From positions 3,511-67,510 of the forward strand of contig QNYK01000108.1 in assembly GCA_003973385.1 (NCBI GenBank): 64,000 nucleotides of DNA, read 5' to 3'. The notes below the pieces were generated by a model, which saw nothing but the letters and a program-made list of their open reading frames with translations, made no database searches and had not been told where the DNA came from. This document shows, piece by piece, positions 9,432 to 17,680 of the stretch (within the stretch, counting starts at the first letter, position 1; each line of letters opens with the position of its first letter). A program made the translations under genes and the position numbers. The DNA comes from Bacillota bacterium. Its GTDB lineage: Bacteria > Planctomycetota > UBA8108 > UBA1146.

Positions 9432-10312
9432 GAGACCAGGCCTGGCGACTTCGAAAAATGGTCGAAGAGAAGGTCTTCCCTGTCAGGGGTAGGGCGAGGG
9501 TGCTGGCCGTGACCAGTGGCAAGGGTGGTGTTGGAAAGACCAACATCTCGGTCGGGCTTGCCATCGCAGCCGCTGCATCTGGAATCCGCACCGTGCTGCT
9601 CGATGGAGATCTCGGCCTGGCCAATATCGATGTACTACTCGATCTCCATCCGAGAAAGCACCTGGGTCACCTGATCGATGGAGAGGCGTCTCTCGAAGAG
9701 GTGCTGATCGACTCACCAGGAGGAATCCAGGTACTCCCTGGTGCGAGCGGCTTGACCAGGGTTGCAGATCTTGGAAATGTTCAGAAACAGCGCCTGCTCG
9801 AAGCAGTGGCGAGGCTGGTGGAAGAATTCGATCTGGTCCTGATCGATACGGGGGCTGGAATTTCTCGTGCAGTACTCGATCTGTGCATATGCGCGGGAGA
9901 GGTGCTGGTGGTGACGACACCGGAACCAACTGCAATCGTCGACGCCTATGCGATGCTGAAAGTGTTTTCGACCGAGGCGTCTGCCCCCAAGAAATGGCTC
10001 GTGGTCAATCAGGTACTCTCTCGGGGAGAAGCTCAACAGGTTTCCAGTCGCATGATCGGTCTCGCCCAGCAATTCCTGGGCAGTGAGGTGAACGGTTGTG
10101 GTTCGGTGTTGCTGGATCCGCGTGTCAGGGCATCGGTACGCAGGAGGCAGCATTTCTCTCTGGCCTATCCTTCCTGCCCTGCGGCCAAGGGGGTCAAGGA
10201 AGTGGCTCACAATCTCGGCCTGGCGGGGCGAGCAGGGAGCCATGGCTTCCTCAACCGTCTGAAAGAAATATGGATCGGGGATCGGAGCAGGCCCCGGGAG
10301 CGTTCTATTTGA
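9428..10312 (+). CDS. flhG: MinD-like ATPase FlhG/FleN
   Basis: N-terminal 'DQAWRLR', deviant Walker A 'SGKGGVGKT', 'DGDLGLANID', 'DTGAGIS', 'TTPEPTAIVDAYA'. Confidence 0.95.
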   Translation: MRDQAWRLRKMVEEKVFPVRGRARVLAVTSGKGGVGKTNISVGLAIAAAASGIRTVLLDGDLGLANIDVLLDLHPRKHLGHLIDGEASLEEVLIDSPGGIQVLPGASGLTRVADLGNVQKQRLLEAVARLVEEFDLVLIDTGAGISRAVLDLCICAGEVLVVTTPEPTAIVDAYAMLKVFSTEASAPKKWLVVNQVLSRGEAQQVSSRMIGLAQQFLGSEVNGCGSVLLDPRVRASVRRRQHFSLAYPSCPAAKGVKEVAHNLGLAGRAGSHGFLNRLKEIWIGDRSRPRERSI

Positions 10313-10485
10313 GGGCCAATTACTCGAGATGAGAGACTTCTCGAGAGTGTGGCACGGAAGATGCCAATGGCTGTAGGGCCAGGGCACGCTGGCGGCTGAT
10401 CGTCGGTTCAAAGGGTGGCACCCTTGAGACGACACGGTGGCACCTGTAAGGGTAACGGTAAGAAACTCAGGAAGAGGAGATTCCA

Positions 10486-11331
10486 TTGGCGCAGATCGAG
10501 TCGGGAGAGACACGGCAAGCGATTCCTGCAAACGATTCCCTGGTCGGTAAGACTCGGATGCAGGATGACCCGGAACTCGAGCAGGTGTGGATCGAGTTCA
10601 AGAAATCTCAGAGTACGGACCTCAAGAATAATCTCCTGGAGAGGTATCTGCACATCGTTCGATACACTGCAGACCGTCTTCACATGAAATTACCGCAGCA
10701 GGTCGATGTAGAAGACCTGTACAGTGCGGGATTGTTCGGACTGATGGATGCGATCGATAACTACGATCTGACTCGCATGGTGAAGTTCGAGTCCTATTGC
10801 TCTATCAGGGTTCGAGGTTCGATTCTTGACTCTCTTCGCGCCCAGGACTGGGTGCCGCGCCTGGTTCGCTCAACGGCCAATCGCATCGATGCTGCCTGGA
10901 GGAAGTTCCAGAACGAGACGGGCAGAGAACCTACCGACTTCGAGATGGCTGAGCAACTGGGAGTGACCGACGAGGAATTCGAATCGATGCAGCGAGAAGC
11001 GTCCGCGGCTTCCATCGTCTCGATCTCGGATCAGATTTCTGACGATGGGGAGTCCAGATCACTGAGAAAGATCGATATTCTCAATGACAAGAAGGCCAAG
11101 TCTCCCGACGAAGATTCACTCCGAAATGCGATCAAGGAATTCATCTATGATCAACTGGATTGTCGTGAGCAGGCGATCATCGATGGCTACTACTTCCAGG
11201 GGAAGACGATGAAAAGCATCGGATTGGATCTTCATCTTTCAGAATCGAGAGTTTGCCAGCTCCACTCCCGGATCATGAGCCGATTGCGCCAGACCTGCGA
11301 CAAGCACCGACTCGACTTCATGCAGGATTGA
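10486..11331 (+). CDS. fliA: RNA polymerase sigma-28 factor FliA/WhiG
   Basis: 'DVEDLYSAGLFGLMDAI...KFESY..IRVRGSILDSLRAQDWVPR', 'LSESRVCQLHS'. AGGAGA upstream of the TTG start. Confidence 0.95.
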   Translation: MAQIESGETRQAIPANDSLVGKTRMQDDPELEQVWIEFKKSQSTDLKNNLLERYLHIVRYTADRLHMKLPQQVDVEDLYSAGLFGLMDAIDNYDLTRMVKFESYCSIRVRGSILDSLRAQDWVPRLVRSTANRIDAAWRKFQNETGREPTDFEMAEQLGVTDEEFESMQREASAASIVSISDQISDDGESRSLRKIDILNDKKAKSPDEDSLRNAIKEFIYDQLDCREQAIIDGYYFQGKTMKSIGLDLHLSESRVCQLHSRIMSRLRQTCDKHRLDFMQD

Positions 11332-11372
11332 CGATACTGGCGTCCAGGCGGCAGACGCCGTAACTTGACGCC

Positions 11373-13148
11373 ATGAGCAACTCCGACCGGATCCCCACGG
11401 AACAAGCGCCGCCATCTGGCCACAAGCAACCGCTGCCGAGATGGATGTTCCTCGTCGCAGTGTTGCTCGCCTCTCTCGCAGCGTCCCAGTTCTTGATGCG
11501 TAGCTGGACGCTGGTCGGATTCCCCCAGGAGATCCGCTACGGCGAGGCGGTCGTGCTCGATCAGGCACGCAGGGTGATGGCTGAGCCAGGCCTCTACCCC
11601 GAGATAGGCAAGGAGCCGTGGCTCCTCGACCAGTACGCACCCTTCTATCCATTTCTCGCTCACATCGTCGGTAAGTTTTCTTCTTCACCATACGGTGGCG
11701 GGCGAGCCATCTCGATGTTGGCGACCCTCCTCTCGGCAGTGATGTTGACTCTGATCGTGCGCAGATCATCTGGGATCGCCGCAGGGCTGCTCTGCGGAGC
11801 AGCGATGCTGACGATGATGGAGTTCCTTCGCTTCGGATTCTTGATGAGGGTCGATCCACTCGCATTGTCGCTGGCGATGATCGGAGTCTGGTGCAACCTG
11901 CATCAGAAAACCTCGGTCAGAATTTTCGGTGCGGCTGCTTTCTTCTTTGCCGTCTATACGCGTCAGACGACGGTGGCACTACTGCTGGTGAGTTACATAC
12001 AGATGTGGCGTCAGGAGGGCAGAGTGGCTCTTCGTTGGCCACTATCGCTGCTTGCGGTAGGGCTGCTCTTCTACGGATTTCTTGTTCTGGTGACTGACGG
12101 TGCATTTCATCATCACGCCGTGATGTCGAATCTGTTTCATTTCGAGTGGGCAGAGGGACTGAAGAAAGCATTTTCAAGTTTCATGCCCTGGAGGGCACCA
12201 CTTTTCATCGGCATCTTCCTGGCATTGATCCCGGGCCCTGAACCTGGTGCAATCCGACCCCGCAGAGCCCGCACCGCTGGATTCCTGGTGATGGGGCTGG
12301 CTCTGGGATGCTGTGTTCAGGCACTGATACAGTTCGTGGTTCCCATCAGCGATCCAGCAGTGGTCAACAAATGGATTTGCTACGGACATGTTGTGTTGTT
12401 TGGCTATGCGACCTGGACCATCTTTCGTGGCACCAGCGCCACCAGGGGGGATGGCATCGGGATCGATGGCGTCAGGATCGTGATGGCGCTCGCATCGATG
12501 ATCCTCATCGGGCGCATCGGATCCGATCTGAACTACCTGTTCGAGGCGGGGATCCTGATGCTGCTGGTGTGTGGAGGAGCCATCGGCAGGGTCGCACCAC
12601 CAAGGGCTCTGATCATCTCGTTGTTGCTGGCGATTCAGGTGCTGGGTGGGTTCTATCTGAGCGGTCTGCAACTGGAGTTTCAACCGGAGCGATTGCTGGA
12701 GATGAAGGAACGCCATCGCATCATCGATCACCTCGAGGTTTATCCAGATCCGGTCCTCAGCGAGGAGCCATGGGCATTGGCACAAACTGGACGACCGCTG
12801 ATGCTGGGACCCTACACCGCAAGACAGATGTACGACATCGGACTGTGGGATGGCAAGGACCTGATCGCAGCTCTCGATGCCCAGAGATATTCCGCCATCG
12901 TTCGGGCGAAGCAGAGAAGTTATGCCGGTCTGGAGCATGACGTGAATGGCAACGTCATCATCGCTGCGGACGGATTGCCGATACCGTACTTCGGCCCCTG
13001 GACATTCAACTCGGTCAGGTCGTTACCACTGGAGATCCAGCAAGCCATCGAGGGGAATTATCAGCAAGCACCAGGGACCACCATGATCGAGAGGGTGACG
13101 AAGTACTATCTCGAAGGAAGAGAGATCTGGGTACCGATCCCTCGCTGA
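11373..13148 (+). CDS. Polytopic membrane protein, GT-C (ArnT/PMT-like) glycosyltransferase
   Basis: Many TM helices, first loop 'YGEA...YAPFYP..A', 'GGRAISMLA', 'RVDPLAL', 'YTRQT', and a soluble C-terminal domain. Confidence 0.6.
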   Translation: MSNSDRIPTEQAPPSGHKQPLPRWMFLVAVLLASLAASQFLMRSWTLVGFPQEIRYGEAVVLDQARRVMAEPGLYPEIGKEPWLLDQYAPFYPFLAHIVGKFSSSPYGGGRAISMLATLLSAVMLTLIVRRSSGIAAGLLCGAAMLTMMEFLRFGFLMRVDPLALSLAMIGVWCNLHQKTSVRIFGAAAFFFAVYTRQTTVALLLVSYIQMWRQEGRVALRWPLSLLAVGLLFYGFLVLVTDGAFHHHAVMSNLFHFEWAEGLKKAFSSFMPWRAPLFIGIFLALIPGPEPGAIRPRRARTAGFLVMGLALGCCVQALIQFVVPISDPAVVNKWICYGHVVLFGYATWTIFRGTSATRGDGIGIDGVRIVMALASMILIGRIGSDLNYLFEAGILMLLVCGGAIGRVAPPRALIISLLLAIQVLGGFYLSGLQLEFQPERLLEMKERHRIIDHLEVYPDPVLSEEPWALAQTGRPLMLGPYTARQMYDIGLWDGKDLIAALDAQRYSAIVRAKQRSYAGLEHDVNGNVIIAADGLPIPYFGPWTFNSVRSLPLEIQQAIEGNYQQAPGTTMIERVTKYYLEGREIWVPIPR

Positions 13149-13205
13149 TCCAGTAATCAGTCCTGGAACGGTGGTGACTGCACGGTGGGAGTGCAGGAAA
13201 AAAAG

Positions 13206-13303
13206 TGGCGGGGGTGCATCGGAATCGAACCGACCTACGACGTTGTTCGCGCCGCACCATGGGTTTGAAGCCCAGGAGGCCCACCAGGTGCCCATTCACC
13301 CCC
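13206..13303 (-). tRNA. selC: tRNA-Sec (anticodon TCA)
   Basis: Minus strand GGGGGTGA...TGGG-CTTCAAA-CCCA...long variable arm...GTCGGTTCGATTCCGAT-GCACCCCC-G-CCA. 98 nt, G discriminator, encoded CCA, directly downstream of selD. Confidence 0.96.
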
Positions 13304-13368
13304 GACGGACCTGAGAGTGTCCCAATTCACGCGCGCGGGATCAAGTTGCTCGGAGATGTTACCGGAGA

Positions 13369-14421
13369 TTACCCCAGTATTCGCACTTGAGTGGAACCCT
13401 CAGCAGGTTTGACCTCGCCGATGATGCAGTATCTCTGGACACTCTCTCGCTCCATCGTCTCTGCAAGAGCCCCGAGGTTTTCAGGAGCGATGGCCATCAG
13501 AAGGCCTCCAGAAGTTTCTGAATCGAGAGCCAGATTGAGCAGGTGCGACGGTATATCACCGGACAATTGCAGATGATCACCGAGGTGGGTGCGGTTTCGC
13601 TTCGAGCCACCGGAGACCAGTTCCCTGCGAGCAAGATCTTCGGCTCCCGACAGGATCGGCAGATCTGAAGCGACGAACTCCAGAGTCACGCCGCTGGCAG
13701 CCGCCATCTCGGCGGCGTGTCCACAAAGCCCGAAGCCAGTGACATCGGTGACGGAATGTGCATCGAGTGCAATGGCAGCCTGTGCTGCGCCAGCGTTGAG
13801 GGTAGACATCGATGATGTAGCACTACTCAGCACATCTGCATCCGCTTGTCCCTTGTTGAGAGCGGTGCTCACGGTTCCTGTCCCGAGGGCTTTGGTGAGC
13901 ACCAAGATGTCTCCAGCGCGAGCACCTCCGTTGGTGAGTATTTTCGCAGGATCGATGGTGCCGGTCACTGCGAGTCCATATTTCACCTCGGAGTCGCGGA
14001 CGCTATGTCCGCCCAGCAAGGCGCAGTTGGCTTCCACCAACTTCTCCGCTCCCCCGGCGAGGATCTCACCGAGCAGAGAAATCGGAAGTTCCTGAGGAAA
14101 CCCCACGATGTTGAGCGCGCTCAGTGGTGATCCACCCATGGCGTAGATGTCCGACAGACTGTTGGCTGCTGCGATACGGCCAAAATCCCCGGGGTCATCG
14201 ACGATCGGCGGAAAGAAATCTACCGTCTGGACGATGCAGTGATTGGTCCCGGGAATCTGGATGACCCCGGCGTCATCCAGGGTGCCTGGACCGTGGAGAA
14301 CCTCGGAGCGTGTCGGTAGCTGCAGGTTGGAGAGGACCTCGACCAGGTCCCCCGGAGGGAGCTTGGACGCTCAGCCTGCACAGGATGCGTATTGTGTGAG
14401 TCGAATCTGTTCATCAGACAC
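13369..14421 (-). CDS. selD: Selenide, water dikinase SelD (selenoprotein, Sec at codon 17)
   Basis: GTG at 14421 (AAGGAG upstream) reads MSDEQIRLTQYASCAG-(TGA 14373..14371)-ASKLPPGDL...DDAG...QTVDFFPPIVDDP..FGRIAAANSLSDIYAMGG, in frame with track ORF 13369..14139 (GGHS, TDVTGFGL, ETSGGLL). 350 aa. Confidence 0.96.
14332..14352 (-). promoter_or_regulatory. Bacterial SECIS-like hairpin in selD
   Basis: GGGGACCT-GGTCG-AGGTCCTC (8-bp stem with one G-U pair, G-led loop) begins 18 nt 3' of the in-frame UGA. Confidence 0.7.
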
Positions 14422-14477
14422 TGGTGCTGCTCCTTCCCGGATGAGCGAGGATCACACCACATGAGGATGGCGTCAAG

Positions 14478-15887
14478 TCAGGCTCCCGAAGCGATCTCAG
14501 CAATTCGTGCAGCGATTAACTCAACCTCGTCATCCGAGATGGTCCTCACATCGATAATGACCGAGTCAGCGTGAATGGTAGGGAGCACCGCCGGATCTCC
14601 AGTTCTCAATCTCCTCGCCAGGTCCTCCGCAGTCCAGCCAGACAGTGTCAACTGGGCGGCACGACTTTCGATTGGCCGCCCGGGCAACGAACCGCTTCCG
14701 GCATACCCATCGTGAGAAAGTGCCGTTGCTGAAGCGCCGGGGATGGCAATGATACTCTCGACCAGTCGAGCCAGGCGCGTTTCCAGTTGCTCCGTGGTTG
14801 CCAGAACCCGCTGCAGTGCGGGGATTCGTGCTATCGCTTCTTCCTCGCCACGCAGGTAGATTCGCAGGGTCTCCTCGAGCGCGATGTAAGTCATCCTGCC
14901 AGGCCTCAGTGCGCGGTATAGCGGGTGCTTTCGACAGCGCTCGACCAGTTCGGTGGATCCCACGATGATTCCTGCTTGCGGACCTCCAAGCAACTTGTCG
15001 CCACTGAAGCAGACCAGGCCGCAGCCGTGGGAAATGCTCTCGCGTACGTACGACTCGCCTGTCATGCCCCGGGCAGCGAGATCGACCATGCACCCCGATC
15101 CCATGTCATGGACCACGGGGACACCGTGCTTTCGTCCAATTTCACACAGTTCCTCGATGGTCGTCTCCTCGGTGAAGCCGACGACGCGGTAATTGGAGGT
15201 GTGAACCTTGAGGATCATCGCTGATTTCGCATGGCACGCCTCGTCGTAATCGGCGGCACGTGTTCTGTTGGTAGTGCCGACAGCACACAACTGAGCGCCT
15301 CCCTGCTCCATGATGTCAGGAACACGGAAGGAACCGCCGATTTCCACCAGCTCACCGTGGGAGACGAGAACTTCCTTACCCTCAGCGAGCGCAGAAATTA
15401 GCAACAGTGTTGCACCGGCGTTGTTGTTGACGACGGTTGCATCTTCGGCACCCGTGAGTTCCTTCAGGAGCTTTGCCGCTCCCTCATCCCTGCCGCCTCT
15501 CTCTCCACTTTCGAGGTCGACCTCGACGCGGACAGGGTGTCTGAGCGTCTCGACCAGGACATCTGCTACACCTGGTGGCAGCGGGGCTCGACCCAGTCCC
15601 GTATGAAGCACAACTCCAGTCGCATTCACAACACGTCGGTAATAGGGCTGGATGCGGTGCTCGAGGCGAGCGTCAAGAGCCAGGACGATGCGGTCCTCCT
15701 CAAGCTCGGCAGCATCCACCTCTCCATTGAGTGCCCGGGCACGGAGCGAGTCAAAGAGCGATCTGCACTCGGAAAGCACCAGTGCACGTGAATGACGAGC
15801 ACAGAGTGTGCACACGTCTTCTCGTTGCAGCAGCCGATCGATCTGTGGAAGCCGTCGCAGCAGCTCACCGGTATCGGGACGGTTCAT
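14478..15887 (-). CDS. selA: L-seryl-tRNA(Sec) selenium transferase SelA
   Basis: 'VVNATGVVLHTGLGRAPL', 'VVNNNAGA', 'GELVEIGGSFRVPDIM', 'VGTTNRT', 'KVHTSNY', PLP lysine motif 'FSGDKLLGGPQAG'. Confidence 0.97.
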   Translation of the reverse strand: MNRPDTGELLRRLPQIDRLLQREDVCTLCARHSRALVLSECRSLFDSLRARALNGEVDAAELEEDRIVLALDARLEHRIQPYYRRVVNATGVVLHTGLGRAPLPPGVADVLVETLRHPVRVEVDLESGERGGRDEGAAKLLKELTGAEDATVVNNNAGATLLLISALAEGKEVLVSHGELVEIGGSFRVPDIMEQGGAQLCAVGTTNRTRAADYDEACHAKSAMILKVHTSNYRVVGFTEETTIEELCEIGRKHGVPVVHDMGSGCMVDLAARGMTGESYVRESISHGCGLVCFSGDKLLGGPQAGIIVGSTELVERCRKHPLYRALRPGRMTYIALEETLRIYLRGEEEAIARIPALQRVLATTEQLETRLARLVESIIAIPGASATALSHDGYAGSGSLPGRPIESRAAQLTLSGWTAEDLARRLRTGDPAVLPTIHADSVIIDVRTISDDEVELIAARIAEIASGA

Positions 15888-16992
15888 CGAGGACCGTCCA
15901 GTGATTTATCAGACTCCTGATTGGAGATGGCGGAATGTCGAGCCTGGACCACTGCAGCGTCACCGACAGAAATCAGTTCGATGCGAGCTTTCAGGTTCAG
16001 GTAGGCAAACGGCAGCATCCCCTCGATCAGCACAGGACGTCCCGATTGCGAGTCGAACCAGACGCGCAGGGTACCGTGAATCCCGAACAGCCCCTCAAAC
16101 CGCTTCTTCTCGTTGCCGTCGCTGGGAATCGGGTTGAGCGCCATCTCGATGGCATCGTAATCGCCCTCCTTGACCGAGATCTGTTGTCTGCGCTGGGGTT
16201 GGACCTGCACATACCAGCGAGAGTCGTCATTGACGACTGGAATGATCATTGGCTCATCTCCGGCAGGGAACTGTGCAGTTCTGGCGACATAGATCGCAGT
16301 CAAGAGATCTACATACGGTTCCTCTACCTCGTGATCCTTGACGTGAATCCAGTTCTCGTGCAGGGCGATCTCGCAGTCCTTGCTGGCACAATGTGCTTGC
16401 TTGGTTCCCCAGGGAATGGGGCCTTTCCATGCCACCTCGGAGACGAGGTGATGCTTGTTCTTGCAATCAGAGATCCGGCAGTGAGACCGCTTTGAGAAAG
16501 AGATCTTGTTTTCTTCAAAGATCAATTTCTTCGTGTGGTGTTCAGTTCCTCGCTGAGTATTCATGAAACTGATGGGCTGCTTTCCCCCGGCTTCCATCGT
16601 GCTGACGATCCGTTGATCGATGGAATAGCCAAACCTCTGTCCGCGCCCTCGAGCGTGAATGATCATTCTGGAATCTGATTCCTCCCAGGTGGCCAGTTCC
16701 AGGTAGCCGACGAGAACGCTGGCGCCTTGCCACTCGACGGTGGCCAGGAATAACAACCTCTCACCGAGCGGGAGGGCCGAGGGGACGATCTGGGCCAGAT
16801 CCTCGATGGCGATGCCAGGCACCAGGCTCGAGGGATCATCCGGCGATTTCTGAGAGTGAGGGGTTGGGCTGTCTGCACCCGTGACCTGCTGGGGAGGAGC
16901 CTGAGGAGGCTCTCCAGCCTGTACGGCCACGAGCAGTAGAGCGGTCAAGAATCCGGATACCATCGTCACTCCCAACGCGAAGACGCGGGCCA
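15884..16992 (-). CDS. Exported DUF3108-like protein with duplicated HC-x4-C-x4-H motif
   Basis: Signal-like N-terminus, 'GERLLF', 'DLLTAIYVAR', 'ISVKEGDYDAI', 'LRVWFDS..GRPVLIE...ARIEL'. Its stop overlaps the selA ATG. Start uncertain (17029/16992). Confidence 0.6.
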
Positions 16993-17338
16993 TCGGGGCC
17001 ACAATCGCCCCAACGGTCCCCCCTGCCACCGATGGTATACCGAGGTCTCGATATTGCCAACGCCAGAACCCCCCTATCCGGGTTCCCGAGTGACTATCGT
17101 TGATTTCCCCTTGGGAATCTTCCCCTCATCGGTTCCCACGTCCTCTCTGAACTCCCATACTGGCTCGGCCTCGAGGAGGCGTTTTCCGCGGGGTTGTGCA
17201 GGATCCGCCGTGGTCCTGATATTCAATGCGGGGGTGGAGTTTCGACGAGTGGTGAGCAATGCCTCTTTTCTCGTCGGAGGTCTCTGGTCCCAATTTTTCC
17301 GGTGTTTAGCAGTAGTACACTCGCAGAAAGGGGTACAC

Positions 17339-17608
17339 ATGAACAAGGCCGAACTGGTTGGTGCCGTTCAAAAGAGTCTCGATGATTCCAAAGCCGGTGC
17401 CGAGCGTGCGGTGAATGCGGTGATCGATGCCATCAAGACTGGCGTCAAGAAGGACAAGTCGGTGCAGGTTGTAGGATTCGGAACTTTCAGCGTCCGCAAG
17501 CGCGCAGCTCGTGATGGCCGTAATCCTCAGACCGGAGAAACCATCAAGATCAAAGCCTCTCGCAGTGTTGCCTTCAAGCCTTCCAAGACCTTCAAGGATA
17601 TGGTCTAG
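17339..17608 (+). CDS. hup: Histone-like DNA-binding protein HU
   Basis: 'MNKAELV...GFGTFSVRKRAARDGRNPQTGETIKIKA...FKPSK'. AAAGGGG RBS; true start 17339. Confidence 0.97.
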   Translation: MNKAELVGAVQKSLDDSKAGAERAVNAVIDAIKTGVKKDKSVQVVGFGTFSVRKRAARDGRNPQTGETIKIKASRSVAFKPSKTFKDMV

Positions 17609-17637
17609 AAGACAGATCTGATTCAAGACTGACAATT

Positions 17638-17674
17638 TCGGGTGTGCCTCGTTTGCGAGGCACACCCGATTTCT
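17638..17674 (+). terminator. Intrinsic terminator between convergent hup and priA
   Basis: Perfect 14-bp stem TCGGGTGTGCCTCG-tttg-CGAGGCACACCCGA followed by TTTCT. Confidence 0.8.
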
Positions 17675-17680
17675 ATTCTG

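Noticed and set aside
13178-13204. CTGCAC/GTGCAG hairpin next to an A-run beside tRNA-Sec
   Set aside because: The U-run lies before, not after, the hairpin on the tRNA strand, so it is not a canonical intrinsic terminator in either direction.
11373-13303. tRNA-Sec 3' end as an integration site for the flagellar/GT region
   Set aside because: No integrase, no duplicated tRNA 3' end noticed in the window, and no evident compositional shift.
14220-14462. 80-aa minus-strand ORF between selD and selA
   Set aside because: Out-of-frame shadow over the true UGA-containing 5' part of selD.
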